The translations under genes were made by a program, and so were the position numbers. DNA of 64,000 bases from Octopus vulgaris (Eukaryota): contig OX597839.1 of NCBI GenBank assembly GCA_951406725.2, positions 5,518,001-5,582,000 on the forward strand. Direction: 5' to 3'. How positions within the stretch are numbered: the stretch's first letter is position 1; the number at the start of each line of letters is the position of its first letter. Below, one piece after another: positions 38,956 to 54,436 of this stretch. The notes beneath the pieces were generated by a model that had not been told where the DNA came from, searched no databases, and saw nothing but the letters and a program-made list of their open reading frames with translations.

Positions 38956-39005
<50 letters not shown>

Positions 39006-39542
39006 TCTTTTATATTAAATTAACCTTAATAACTAACTACTCAATACTTTTTTCGGAATGGATATGAATCTCGTCGGACATCTGACGAATGCTAGCAAGC
39101 ATTAATTTCGAAGTCACAGCCAACCCTCTCGTAAAAGTTTTATCTATGATGAAAACATGTTTCTGTCTCATTGATAGATAGACAGACAGACAGATAGATA
39201 AATAGATAGAAAACTGGATATAAAGGAAGGGTGGATCAGAAAATCAGAATAAAAGAAGGGAGACGAGAAAGAAATTGAGAAACCGAAAGTGAAAGTAAAT
39301 GTGAGAAAACTAAAGAAGCAGATGTTTTTGTTTTTTGTTTTCATTGCTTTTGTTGATTTGTTTATATATTTCTTTTGTGTTTTGTTTTTTAGTCACACAT
39401 TTGTGTCTAGACTCTAGACTTCGTGTTTGGCACTTCACCAGTAACTTAAATACGCTGCTTTGATTCAGTTGTTTCTCGCACGCACACACACACACACATA
39501 TATATACAACTATATAAATAGGTAAATATATATAGGTATATG

Positions 39543-39581
<39 letters not shown>

Positions 39582-39798
39582 CTCCTTTTTATATATAAAT
39601 ATATATATAATATATAATACATATCATATATATATATATTATATATACATAAATAATATATGTATATATATAATATATATATTATACACACACACATATA
39701 TGTTTGTTTGTATGTATATATACAAATTCAGGAACTCATAAGTATATATACATAAATCATACATATATCTATATATATTTATATTTATATAGATTTAT

Positions 39799-39860
<62 letters not shown>

Positions 39861-40664
39861 ATATATATGTGTGCTTTTGTATATTTGTATGGATATGCGT
39901 AAAACTATGCGTGCGCGTGTGTATTTCTTGTTTCCTCGTTTCAAAATCACTTCAGGTGCGTTGATTACTTTTTTGTCAACAATTAACCTGACAATGCTGT
40001 ATCCACTGCACGAATCTACGTGATTATGTCATATGTCAGCTCCTTAACTTAACTTATTATTTAATGTGCGCACCCTATTTTATATATTTACTCACTTTAT
40101 TCTTATTTATTTATGTATATTATCTAATTACCTTCATTTCTTCTGATTCACCTCTTCGTTTAGTTCCTTACTCGGGTGGTGTTGTGGTATTTTATGCAAT
40201 TTTAATTTAATTTTAAATTTATAAGATATATAGTCTTTGTTTTACTTAGGAAGGGTTGCTACCTGAATGCCTGACGTTAAAATATTTACTTCCTCGTTCG
40301 TTCTCTGAAAGTGTTTGGAGTCATTTGTAACAGAATCGTATTTTTCTGGCAAAAAATACAAAACTTCTCGAAAACTTTTAACAATACTTTAGGTCCTCAC
40401 GAAATTCTAAAATTGTATTCCTTTGGAAAAAAATAAAACCTGCCCATTGCTCTGCACTTTGCTTATATATATTTGTATGCGTATTGCATAACGCTAGGCT
40501 TAAACTGTAAGGCTTCCCATCGAAGTTTTGAAAATATCTTTTTTATCTTCACGACGTACTTGGACTTATGAGTTTTTTCACTGATCACGGAAATTTTCCG
40601 TTTGATATACCGGTGTGTATGTGCGTACACAGATATATATGCATATAAATGTGTATTTATATCA

Positions 40665-41010
40665 ATGATCACCAGAAAGGAGTTGCAAGAATATTTGTTA
40701 GCTTCAGGGACTAGTGTTACACTACGAACAATCAGCAATGAACTTCATAGGAATGAACTGAAATCACGCTCTGCTAGAAAAACTCCGCTGTTGACTAAAA
40801 GGCATAGAGATGCCCGTTTGAAATTTGTTTATGAACATAAAGATGAATCTGATACATTCTGGGAAAATGTTCTATGGGCAGACGAGTCGAAAATTGAATT
40901 GTTTGGACGAAATTCGCGTAGCCATGTTCGGAGAAAAGATGGTACTGCTTATTCGTCGAAAAATTCAATTTCTACTGTAAAGTTTGAAGGTGGTGTGTGG
41001 GTGTTTCTCT
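40665..41010 (+). pseudogene. Tc1-family transposase fragment
   Basis: MITRKELQEYL..VTLRTISNELHRNELKSRSARKTPLLTKRHRDARLKF..WENVLWADESKIELFG..TVKFEGG: HTH plus first D of the DDE triad. Confidence 0.9.
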
Positions 41011-41375
41011 GCAAAACCTAAACCTTGTGTATAATACGCACCCCTTCTCTAACTTGAGTCAAGGAGGTCTATAAAACGTCCTTGCTTTATAAAACTGTAT
41101 ACGGTAACGTCCTTTATTATTATTGTATATATAACATAATGCAAACGTGTAGCTTTTTTGTGTATTTTGTTCCCAGAAAATAAAGAAATAACAGTAATAA
41201 CGTTTAATAAATGTTGCTTTCTAAAAGTTATGGATGATTCTTTTATGACCTCATTGCTTTCAGTCTTAGCTTAAGGTATTTTCGCGCCCGACATCACAAA
41301 ATGCGTTTGAATAAACATTGCCGGACAGCAAATAGAGATTTTGGACATTGCTTAGAAAATAATTTTCATTTTTAA

Positions 41376-41457
41376 CCTCGTATATAGTACGCCCTAGGGA
41401 TTTTCACCATTAAATTTTGGGGGAAAAAATGCGGATTATACTCGAGGATTTACGGTA
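41376..41457. mobile_element. Tc/mariner (Tc2/pogo-like) terminal inverted repeat end
   Basis: ..AAAAAATGCGGATTATACTCGAGGATTTACGG|TA; a degenerate similar end at 41020-41106. Confidence 0.5.
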
Positions 41458-41631
41458 TACATGCAGTTGGTTCGACAAGAAATTTGGAATGAGAAAGGAC
41501 AGATATAAACAAAACTCAATACTTTGAGTTTTTCGATATAAATATATATTACACTGTTATTTTATCAGCTTGTATCGAATTGTGTTACATTTTATATTCT
41601 TGTTGTCACTTTTACACACCCTCACACACAT

Positions 41632-41671
<40 letters not shown>

Positions 41672-41676
41672 TAGAT

Positions 41677-41712
<36 letters not shown>

Positions 41713-41871
41713 GTGTATTTTTTTTCATAGAAATAAAATGAAAAAATATACATATATATATGTGTGTGTGTGTATCTATACAGGGATGTATACATATATG
41801 TACATATATACGCATACATATAAATATATCCATATATATATATATATAAATACATATATACATATATATAC

Positions 41872-42013
<142 letters not shown>

Positions 42014-42034
42014 TATATATGTATATATATATAC

Positions 42035-42099
<65 letters not shown>

Positions 42100-42431
42100 G
42101 CAGATTATTATATAAATCAGATTAGTAGATTAGTGTCTAGACTAGAGGCTTTAATGTGGCGTGTTTGGCATATCACCAAGATATTCTGATAGTCTCCATT
42201 GTTTTCGTTTGGTTTGGTGCTGCTTTCTGTTCGTTATGTCTTGTTTTCATTCTGATTGCTGTTGTGTCGGGTAGCGCGAATGGGTCAGGTGTCATAGTGA
42301 AAGTGAAAATACATATGAATATATGCATGCGCGTGTATATGTTTATGCGTGCATATATATACACACAAACACATATATGTATATATATGTATACATATAT
42401 ATATATATGTACGTATGTATACATATATATG

Positions 42432-42480
<49 letters not shown>

Positions 42481-42606
42481 GTATATGCATACATACATAT
42501 ATATATAAGTTCAGTAAAATTTAGATTCATTTGAACATGGTACTTAAGTTAAAGGCATCAGAGTTTAGTATGGTATTATCCAAATAATTCGAAATGGGGT
42601 GATTAC

Positions 42607-43619
<1,013 letters not shown>

Positions 43620-43630
43620 CATGTATACAT

Positions 43631-44250
43631 GTGTGGTTGTGTGATAAAAAGCTTGCTTCTCAACCACATGATTCTGGGTTCAGTCTCACTGCGTGGCACT
43701 TTGAGCAACTGTCTTCTACTGTAGCCTCGGGTCGACCAAAGCCTTGTGGGTGGATTTAGTAGACGCAAACTGAAATAAGCCCTGGAGTCGATTTGTTCGA
43801 CTAAAAGCTCTTCACGCCGGTACTCCAGCATGGTCGCAGTCAAATGACAAGAGGCGGCGCCTTGATGTTTCAGTCGAATGAATCGATCCCAGTCCTTCTT
43901 TTTATAAGTTTGATACCTATTTTATCAGTCTGTTTTGCCCAGCGACTACAATGTTACGGAGACGTAAATATACCAACACCGGTTGTGGGGGGAAAAACGG
44001 ACAGAAAGACACAAAGACATACACAAACCGTGTGTATGTGTGTGTGTCTATCTCTGAATTTACGTTTCTCGACCATCGCTTGACAACCGGTGTTGCTCTG
44101 TGTACGTCTCATAACCTATCGGTTCGGCAAACGACACCGATAAATTAAGTACTATGCTTAAAATGTAAGTACTGCAGTTTATTCTTTTGGTTAAACCCTT
44201 GAAGGTTATGCTCCAGCATAGCCGCAGTCTACGAGATGGTACAATAAGGA
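43631..44250. mobile_element. Cluster of degenerate SINE B pieces in both orientations
   Basis: Head GTGGTTGTGTGATAA..GGTTCAGTC; tails CTCCAGCATGG..CAGTC. Confidence 0.7.
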
Positions 44251-45664
44251 AAAAGTGTGTTTATGTTTCTGTATGTACATGTACTTATATACAAATATAT
44301 GAGTATATGTTTGTATGTAAACATACATATATATAATGTAATACTTATGCGCGCTCATATAATAAATATATACATTTATAGATGTGTATATGTACGTGTA
44401 TGCGTATCACATATATATATATAAACTATAAAATAAATAGGCTAATTGGATAATATATATACATGATGCGAGATTATACCAAGTTATATTTGAGTATTAT
44501 TCCAGATACAGTTACAATAAAGACTTTTCAAATAACAGTTTAAACAAGGTATTATGAAAGAGAATATGGGAGACGAGAGCTGAGCAGACGATAGCGGAGC
44601 AGACGATAGAAGAGCAGACGATAGCAGTGCAGAGCAGTGGAGAGGAGAGAGGTCAACTGTCTGGGGAAAGAATTAAATGAGCGAAATGTGAAAAGAGATT
44701 AGATGACGGTAGATTAGTAGATAAAAGATTAGATAAGAGGATAAATTGAAAACAGATTATATGATATACGATATGCAGCGAGATCTTCTGATTCTAAAGA
44801 GCGGCTCTGCGTTGTCACACGATTTGTAAGAAATATCAGCGTAATATCTTATAATTCACAACTGTGTTTTGTAAAGGAAGTGGGCGAAAGTGTATAATCG
44901 TACGACTTAGATATTCGATGTCGTAAAAGCAAAAACTAGGTTGTTCACTTCTGGAATGCTTTTGATCAGAGATCAGCTTTGTCAGATGATGACCAGTATT
45001 AAATAATAGCGCTGGCAACAACATGTACACCGATGGTTGAGATTTGTATATAAATATAGCGCTATACAGGCTTTTGACGGTGGATTGTCGTGAAATAGCG
45101 AGAGCTACGAAAACAAAAGAGAGATTATTCAATGACTGACGAGATTACTTTGGCTTATACACACACACACATATATATATACTGAGAGACAGAGAGGATG
45201 CTTACATATACGTACATAAAAATAGGTATGTATGTATAGATATATGAAAATAATATTATGTAACACATAGCATTATGTAAGTGATAACTTGAGATTGACA
45301 CACTAACTGTATCTTTCTTTCTTCTCTATGTGTGTCTACCTCAATTTTTCCTGACGTATATAAATGTATTTGACTGCGTACACTCACATGTCTATAAAAA
45401 TATACACGTATGCATTCCTATTTACACATCTCTAAATATATACCCACCTATTTTATACATATATGCATATAGATACATCTATGTATGTATGCATTCATAT
45501 ATATGTGTGTGTATATATTTGCTCACATATATACGTGGGTGTGTTTGTGTCTGTGCATACATATGTGTATATATATATATATTTGTATATACATATATTC
45601 ATGGGTTTATATGCATTTGTATGAGTATATATATACACACACACACACATACACACACACACAA

Positions 45665-45703
<39 letters not shown>

Positions 45704-45751
45704 ATAACAGTATATGATATATATCCTAATGATATTTATTGTCCGATCTGA

Positions 45752-45794
<43 letters not shown>

Positions 45795-45997
45795 CGCATG
45801 TATCTATATGGAACATTTTGTAAGGCAAATCAGATGTGCGAATGAGTCGGTGTTCTGCTTAAAATAAAGAAATTCTTGAACCCAGGATTGCTGTGAAGAC
45901 AGCTTAAAAAGACATGTAAATATCGTTTAGAAGACAGTTACAAGTTACTGGTAAGTTTCTACAGCGAATCGAATCCTGTACATCGCAGGTTCCAGCA

Positions 45998-46048
<51 letters not shown>

Positions 46049-46054
46049 CGTGAG

Positions 46055-46085
<31 letters not shown>

Positions 46086-46154
46086 CAGATAGATAAATTG
46101 ATAGATAAAAAGATAGAGTGAGAGGGGCAGAGATAAAACGAAAGATAGAAAGGC

Positions 46155-46156
46155 AC

Positions 46157-46222
<66 letters not shown>

Positions 46223-46305
46223 GTAGGTAGATAGATAGATAGGTAGGTAGGTAGGTAGGTAGGTAGGTAGGTAGGTAGGTAGACAGATTGAAAACAGTCA
46301 GACTA

Positions 46306-46397
<92 letters not shown>

Positions 46398-46487
46398 GTA
46401 GGTAGGTAGGTAGGTAGGTAGGTAGGTAGGTAGGTAGGTAGGTAGGTAGGTAGACAGATTGAAAACAGTCAGACTAACAGACAGACT

Positions 46488-46585
<98 letters not shown>
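46155..46585. repeat. Compound (GATA)/(GGTA)/(GACA) tetranucleotide array with a ~171-bp higher-order duplication
   Basis: AGACAGATTGAAAACAGTCAGACTAACAGAC occurs at 46281 and 46452. Confidence 0.9.
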
Positions 46586-47530
46586 AGCCTCTGTGATATA
46601 TGTAGAATGTGAAAGAGATAGAAATACGCGTGAATGACAGAATCACCATGATATTGAAATAGATACATAGAAATGCAGAAGAGAATGAGAAGCAAACCAG
46701 GAGGGAGAGAGAGAGGGGGGGGATAAAGAGGGAAAGAAGACATATTCTCGTAATCTCATATTCTCACATATGCATAGATATGCATACACGGGCACATATA
46801 AACTGCACACAACCACATGCATATGCACGCACTGTCACTGCAACAGAGTGGTGAAAATATGCAAAGCTATGAACGTTAAGTAGACACACGGACATTTTAA
46901 GAAAATTTTTCTGTGAAACCTTTCTACCGTAACCAAATAGCAGAACAAGAAAACAACCAAAAAAAAACATTTATTTAAAAGAAAATATTTAAAAGGAATG
47001 AAAACAAAACAAAATAAAATAAAATAAAATAAAAACAAAACACTAACGCGTAGAAAAATGTAACAAAACACAACAAAAAAAAACAAAAGACATACCGGCG
47101 CAACAAAAACACAGCAAATACAAAAAGGTGGTGCACACTGATGCAATACAAACACAAACATATAGGAATATAAACACAGAAACACAAACACAAAGTAAAG
47201 AAACAGTAAAAGACAAAAATGGTAAATATCCAAAGAGGAATTTTTGTCTGTGAAGGAATACCAACAGCTCAAGTGTGAGCCAGAGAATCCACAATGTGTG
47301 GAATGTTGGTTGTGCGTGAGAGAAGAGTCCAGCACCGGATCTGTCACAATGTCAACAAATATTCTTCGGCTTTCCTTCCCTTTCTTTTTGGATTTTTTTT
47401 CTTCTTTCTTTCTTTCTAACATTATTCATTTATTTAATATTTATTACTTCATTCTTTGTTTTCTCGCTGTATCGCTTTCCACTCTTCTGTCTTAAGTTTT
47501 TTCCTTCTTCGAGGCATTGTTTCGTTTACG

Positions 47531-47597
<67 letters not shown>

Positions 47598-47719
47598 ATA
47601 TTTTATTTCAAGTTTTTCTACTTTCATTTTCGTTGTCTTCAGTTACTTTCACACCCTCTTTATATGTGTATCTGACTCATTCTGTCTATCTATCTATCTA
47701 TCTATCGATCTATCTATCC

Positions 47720-47870
<151 letters not shown>

Positions 47871-47976
47871 CATCCATCCATCCATCCATCCATCCATCTC
47901 ACATGTGTGCATGCGTGCGCGTGTATCTGATACTCTGCCTGTCTATCCTTGAACATATATGAATATATTGTCTGTG

Positions 47977-48034
<58 letters not shown>

Positions 48035-48408
48035 TATGAATATATATATATATATATATATCAATGCATTGAGCCACCCGACTCAGTGAATAAAATTGTG
48101 TGTATGTATGTGTGAGTGTGTGTGTGATCACGTATACATCTATTTACCTATGCACATACACACACACATGCACAGAGATATGCTTATGTTAATGAAAATG
48201 ATTACGCAACTCCCATTTCTTGGTAACACATATATTACTTGTGTATATGTATAGGCTTCTGAACATACACACACACACACACACACCAAACACACGCATA
48301 TACATTTGTACATATTCTTTTCACTCATTTAACAGCGGCCTTAATGGAGCATCGTCTTCCATACATATATACATGATATTATATTATATCATTATATTAT
48401 ATAATACA

Positions 48409-48735
48409 GGCGTAGGAGTGGCTGTGTGGTAAGTAGCTTGCTTACCAACCGCATGGTTCCGGGTTCAGTCCCACTGCGTGGCACCTTGGGCAAGTGTTTT
48501 CTACTATAGCCACGGGCCGACCAAAACCTTGTGAGTGGATTTGGTAGTGTTTGTGCGTCTGTGTTTCGACCCCCAAAATCGCTTGACAACCGATGCTGGT
48601 GTGTTTACGTCCCCGTAACTTAACGGCAAAAGAGTCCGATCTAGGCTTAAAAGAATAAGTCCTGGGGTCGATTTGCTCGACTAAAAGGCGGTGCTCCAGC
48701 ATGGCCGCAGTCAAATGACTGAAACAAGTAAAAGA
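48409..48735 (+). mobile_element. SINE family B (internally deleted)
   Basis: GGCGTAGGAGTGGCTGTGTGG..ACTGAAACAAGTAAAAGA. Confidence 0.9.
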
Positions 48736-48773
<38 letters not shown>

Positions 48774-48835
48774 CGTGTGTACCGTTGGCGATTTTTTCCT
48801 CCGTCTTCCCTTCTTTGGATCTTTCCTTTTCCTAT

Positions 48836-48870
48836 GTTTCTGACGAAGAGCTCCGCTGGAAATGTTAAAC
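48836..48870 (+). ncRNA. Minimal hammerhead motif, mutated copy of 1477-1511
   Basis: GUUU-CUGACGA-A-GAGC-UCC-GCUG-GAAA-UG-UU-AAAC; two pair-disrupting changes. Confidence 0.5.
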
Positions 48871-48994
48871 CCTCCTTCTTCCCTTCTTTCCTTAGCGTCC
48901 AATAACACTATACTTGTTCCACGTCCTCGCGTTGTTGTGTTTTCTCTTTGTGTTTTCATGAGTGGATTATATATATCACACACCAACTTTCTTA

Positions 48995-49051
<57 letters not shown>

Positions 49052-49272
49052 TCAATATAGGGTGGCAAAAAAAATTTTGTAGAATTCTTTTGCCACCAGC
49101 GGCCTAGTGGGAAAAAATTAAATAGTCATAAACCATTTTTAAGTTCAACATCACAATCAAGGAACGGCCATAATAGGCCATTCACCCACTAGAAATAACA
49201 GCCAAAAGCTTTAACCGCAAAATAACGTCAATTCCGTAAACCAGGAGAAAATTAAAAAACATTTACCCTGTA

Positions 49273-49379
49273 ATTTCTTAGACGATGCACCGTTTCATCT
49301 ACTGTTTAATGGAAAACTAACCTGATTAAATTAAATCAAGCCAATCTACCATAGGCCCTTAGATTCATCAGTAAGAAAT
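49273..49379 (-). ncRNA. Type I hammerhead ribozyme (copy 1)
   Basis: Reverse complement of 50020-50126. Confidence 0.9.
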
Positions 49380-49761
49380 AGCCAAGCCGGAACAGATATT
49401 TTTCACGAGGCATTCTCGTTGCTACCTCGTCAATATCTGACCTAAAATTTTCAAATCGTCGCACTCGCGCCAAATTTATCGGCAGCAAATAAATATAAGC
49501 CGCCGATTCCATTACGGAATTAACCAGAAAATTCATAATTAATCAATATAGGGTGGCAAAAAAATTTTGTAGAATTCTTTTGCCACCAGCGGCCTAGTGG
49601 GAAAAAATTAAATAGTCATAAACCATTTTTAAGTTCAACATCACAATCAAGGAACGGCCATAATAGGCCATTCACCCACTAGAAATAACAGCCAAAAGCT
49701 TTAACCGCAAAATAACGTCAATTCCGTAAACCAGAGAAAATTAAAAAACATTTACCCTGTA

Positions 49762-49868
49762 ATTTCTTAGACGATGCACCGTTTCATCTACTGTTTAATG
49801 GAAAACTAACCTGATTAAATTAAATCAAGCCAATCTACCATAGGCCCTTAGATTCATCAGTAAGAAAT
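49762..49868 (-). ncRNA. Type I hammerhead ribozyme (copy 2)
   Basis: Identical to copy 1; cleavage sites are 489 nt apart. Confidence 0.9.
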
Positions 49869-50019
49869 AGCCAAGCCGGAACAGATATTTTTCACGAGGC
49901 ATTCTCGTTGCTACCTCGTCAATATCTGACGCGAGTGCGACGATTTGAAAATTTTAGGTCAGATATTGACGAGGTAGCAACGAGAATGCCTCGTGAAAAA
50001 TATCTGTTCCGGCTTGGCT

Positions 50020-50126
50020 ATTTCTTACTGATGAATCTAAGGGCCTATGGTAGATTGGCTTGATTTAATTTAATCAGGTTAGTTTTCCATTAAACAGTAG
50101 ATGAAACGGTGCATCGTCTAAGAAAT
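50020..50126 (+). ncRNA. Type I hammerhead ribozyme (copy 3)
   Basis: AUUUCUUA-CUGAUGA-AUCUA-[58-nt insert]-UAGAU-GAAA-CGGU-GC-AUCG-UC-UAAGAAAU. 8-bp stem I, perfect core, GUC triplet; predicted cut after 50118. Confidence 0.9.
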
Positions 50127-50251
50127 TACAGGGTAAATGTTTTTTAATTTTCTCCTGGTTTACGGAATTGACGTTATTTTGCGGTTAAAGCTTTTGGCTG
50201 TTATTTCTAGTGGGTGAATGGCCTATTATGGCCGTTCCTTGATTGTGATGT

Positions 50252-50301
<50 letters not shown>

Positions 50302-50776
50302 TTTTATTCCTTTAGTCGAACAAATCCGCCTGAGGTCTCATTCTTTGAAACCCTAGTACTTCTTCTGTCGGTCTCATTTGCCAAATCGCTAAGTTACGAG
50401 GACGTAGACACAGCAACATCGGTTTTCAAGCGATGGAGGGGGCATAAACGCAGACAAACAAATATATACATACACACGCACGAAACACGCATTGAATCGA
50501 ACCAGGCGCAGCTGATGAAGGGGAATATTCCTTGTATTGTTTCTCTTGTACCCTGTTTTTTCGTTGTTAAGAAAAGTCCGTTTCCTTGTTTGTTTTTATG
50601 TTTTCGTTTCTCGTTGTGTTCTACGTTTATTTGTAGTGTCCTGTACTCATATATGCATGTATATATACATATAGATGTAGGTATGTACATATATGTATGT
50701 ATGTATGCATATGTTTTATTTGTTAAATTGTTATTATATGACTGAGCCGCTCGCGTCGTTTCTTATCCTCCAAGTA

Positions 50777-50841
<65 letters not shown>

Positions 50842-51055
50842 GCTGGCTTCTTTCAGTCTCCATCTGCCAAATCCACTCACAAAGCTGGCCCGAGGCTATA
50901 GTAGAAGTTACTTGGCTAATGTACCTCGCAGTGGGACTGAACGCGAATATATTACGGATATTTTACGAAAAAATAACAAATAGGAAATTCGTACCTTATT
51001 CTTCATCAGACAACTTTCAAGAGATCATTACAATGCAGATTTGTATGCATTGCTT

Positions 51056-51108
<53 letters not shown>

Positions 51109-51327
51109 GATACATAAAAATAGAAAAGAGTGACAGTGACTTCGAAGTTTGGACTTGATCTCACATAAACCGTTATATCGAAACTTATCAGACCGAAAAC
51201 TTCGAATTCACTGCTGTCATTTATTTGTAAAAGTCAGGAACAATAATACCTTCAGTAATTCTTCACTTCAATGTTAAGTTCTGTTGTTATAACTACTCAT
51301 AAAAGAAAACATTAATATATATATATG

Positions 51328-51398
<71 letters not shown>

Positions 51399-51553
51399 AC
51401 AAATATACGTGTATATATACATGTACATATATGTAGATATATGTAAGCATAGGTATATTCATATATATTTATACATACCCATATACACACTCACAAACAT
51501 ATCTATCTGTCTGTCCCTCTATCTATCTGCCTATCAATCTATTTGTCTATCTA

Positions 51554-51595
<42 letters not shown>

Positions 51596-51602
51596 TATAT
51601 AG

Positions 51603-51668
<66 letters not shown>

Positions 51669-52095
51669 GTGTGTGTGTATATATATATATATATGCATAC
51701 ATATACATATATGTGTGTGTATATATATATATATATACACACATATATGTGTGTGTATGTATATACATATATATATATATATATATATGCGAGGCAATGT
51801 GTTGTGTGTGATATGTTATTGCAATGCTTTTTGTTGTTGCTGTTTCTGCTCTTTGTTAATCACGTGATGGAATAAAACTTTCACACAACATAGCAGCCAG
51901 GATCAAATGATAATTTCATAACAAGACTAAATAATCTCATGGATGGTTAACATTTATGTGTATATAAGAGGCGGGTAGTCTTCTACGTGTAGGCAATGAC
52001 AATATTTACAAACCCGCTCACAACCTCACTCACATATACACAACCATGCACATATATGCATATACACACATATGCATATATATACATATACACAC

Positions 52096-52198
<103 letters not shown>

Positions 52199-52369
52199 CT
52201 CATCTATATACACATAGGAAGGTGTGGATATAGAATTATATGGTCAGTTGATGTGGACTAATCAAATGATATTCGTACTGAGGGACACGTGTGTGTACAA
52301 GTCTGATCTTCACCTTGGTTACCAGCCCAACCAAAAATCCAATAGCATCAACACCCCAATCACCGCAGC

Positions 52370-52658
52370 CACCACCACTATCACCATCATCACCATCATC
52401 ATCATCATCATCATCATAACCATCATCATCATCATTTCCATCGTCATCACCACCATCACCATCATCATCACCACCATCATCATCATCATCATCATAACCA
52501 TCATCATCATCATCATCATCACCACCACCATCATCATCATCATTATCATCATCATCGTCGTCGTCATCATCACCATCATCATCATCACCATCATCATCAC
52601 CACCACCATCATCATCATCACCATCATCATCATCACCATCATCATCACTACCATCATC

Positions 52659-52690
<32 letters not shown>

Positions 52691-52699
52691 CACCACCAC

Positions 52700-52743
<44 letters not shown>

Positions 52744-52789
52744 CCATCATCACCATTATCACCATCATCATCACCATCATCACCATCAC

Positions 52790-52824
<35 letters not shown>

Positions 52825-52832
52825 CCACCACT

Positions 52833-52869
<37 letters not shown>

Positions 52870-52890
52870 CCACCACCACCACCACCACCT
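52370..52890. repeat. (CAT)n/(CAC)n trinucleotide tract
   Basis: Visible; explains the poly-I/D/M ORFs. Confidence 0.95.
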
Positions 52891-53119
52891 ACAACATTTT
52901 CAGCACCATTATCAACGGGGGCCATCATCATCATCAGCCTCAACAACAGCAGTTTCAACCTGATCGCCTGTTATTAATCATTCTTAGAAGCAAAGTGTGG
53001 AAGGAGATTGTTCGTAGTAAAACAACACGAGAAAAAGAAAGCCCTTTTCTCTCTACACAAGGAGGCGACAAAATACGAAACAGAAGCAAACCACAGACAT
53101 ACTGACCTCAGATGACAAT

Positions 53120-54250
53120 ATAGAAATTGTCAGAAAGACAGAAACAAAACGAGAACTGAATTACAAAAGATACTGACGAAGAAATTGAGGGAAAAGTCAC
53201 TCCATGGCCAATACCCTATTATGTTTGACAGAGAGGAAGTGAGCCTAAGTAAAGACCAACAATGGCTCAAAAGGTTTGGACTAAAAGTTGAAACAGAAGG
53301 ACTGATTCTCACTGCACAATACCAATGCCAGACTAAAACACAATTATAAAAGCAAGCTAATGAAACCAGGCTCCAACAAGAAATGCAGAATGTGCAACCA
53401 GCACAATGAGACAGTTGACCACATCATCTCCAGCTACCCAGTTCTTGCCAATCTGAATATATATATATGGAGGTGTAATGGCCCAGTGGTTAGGGCAGTG
53501 GACTCGCGGTCGTAGGATCGCAGTTTCGATTCCCAGAGCGGACGTTGTGAGTGTTTATTGAGCGAAAACATCTATAGCTCCACGAGGCTCCGGCAGGGAG
53601 GTGAGTGGCGATCCCTGCTGTACTCTATCGCCGCAACTTTCTTTCTTCTGTTGGCCTGCTCGCTTAGCCAGCGGGGTGGCATTATTTGAAGGCTGAAACA
53701 ATGCGAAGTGCATTGTGACCAGCGATATGTAGCAACATCTGATAGCCTGGTCGGTCACGTGCATATATATATGCAGACACGACAAAATAAGCATTATATC
53801 CACTAGACAATATGCTAACATTACAACATCAAAACTGACAATAGGTGGTATAAGTATGCGCCAAAAAATGTAGTAAACAACGACCAGGCCACATTCATTT
53901 GGAACATACTGTTTGAAACCGACTAAAAAATAAAAGCTAATTGCCCTGACATAATAGTCAATGATTAGAGGAAAAAAACACCTGCCTACTGACAGATATT
54001 GCAGTCCCTTCAGATCAAAAGTTTGTCAAAAAATGAAGTGGAGAATTTGTCGAGGTACAAAGGCCTCAAAATTTAAGTCGTCACAATGTGGGGCATAAAG
54101 GTAAAAACAATACTAATAATAGTTGGAGCATTGAGCATAATAAAAAAAAACACATGAATATACACATAGAAGCTATACCTGGATCCTCAACATTACACAC
54201 TGTCCAGTAAATTGTCCTGCTGTGTGTACATCCAACATCACACGGAAGAT
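53120..54250 (+). pseudogene. Dong/R4-like LINE relic (CCHC finger plus RLE), interrupted by a SINE
   Basis: EKSLHGQY..WLKRFGLKVETEGLILTAQ..KCRMCNQHNETVDHIISSYPVLA [SINE] RHDK..KANCPDIIV..; stops and frameshifts. Confidence 0.85.
53468..53760 (+). mobile_element. SINE family C, tail type 1, inserted at ATATAT inside the Dong relic
   Basis: GGAGGTGTAATGGCCCAGTGG..GATAGCCTGGTCGGTCACG. Confidence 0.9.
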
Positions 54251-54436
54251 ACTATATATCCAATTATACAACCTAAACAAAACAACGGACATTCTATACA
54301 ATATTTACCCAATGAAATAAACGTCCACCGGCAAACCAGAAACCAAAGCATTACACACTCAACGCACAATAAAAACAGTAACACAACAAGAGACAGCACC
54401 ACACCTCAAGGAAAAAGAACTAACACTGTACAATAC

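Larger units (their letters stand above)
49044..50254 (-). mobile_element. Young retrozyme/PLE pLTR-like element: 491-bp unit, truncated tandem unit and inverted partial unit, within (TA)n
   Basis: 49044-49534 repeats at 49535-49930 (only single-base indels seen); 49931-50254 is the reverse complement of 49145-49468; three HHRs; no ORF. Confidence 0.9.

Noticed and set aside
39082-39102. CUGACGA-AUGCU-AGCA-AGCAU partial hammerhead
   Set aside because: No GAAA or stem III follows; at best a truncated relic.
45131-45160. CUGACGA at the edge of an unidentified 44460-45160 island
   Set aside because: Runs into (CA)n with no stem II partner or GAAA; element type unresolved.
50505-50535. CUGAUGA-AGGGG-AAUA-UUCCUU hammerhead-like start (also 30280-30300 on -)
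   Set aside because: No GAAA after the hairpin and no stem I/III could be built in either copy.
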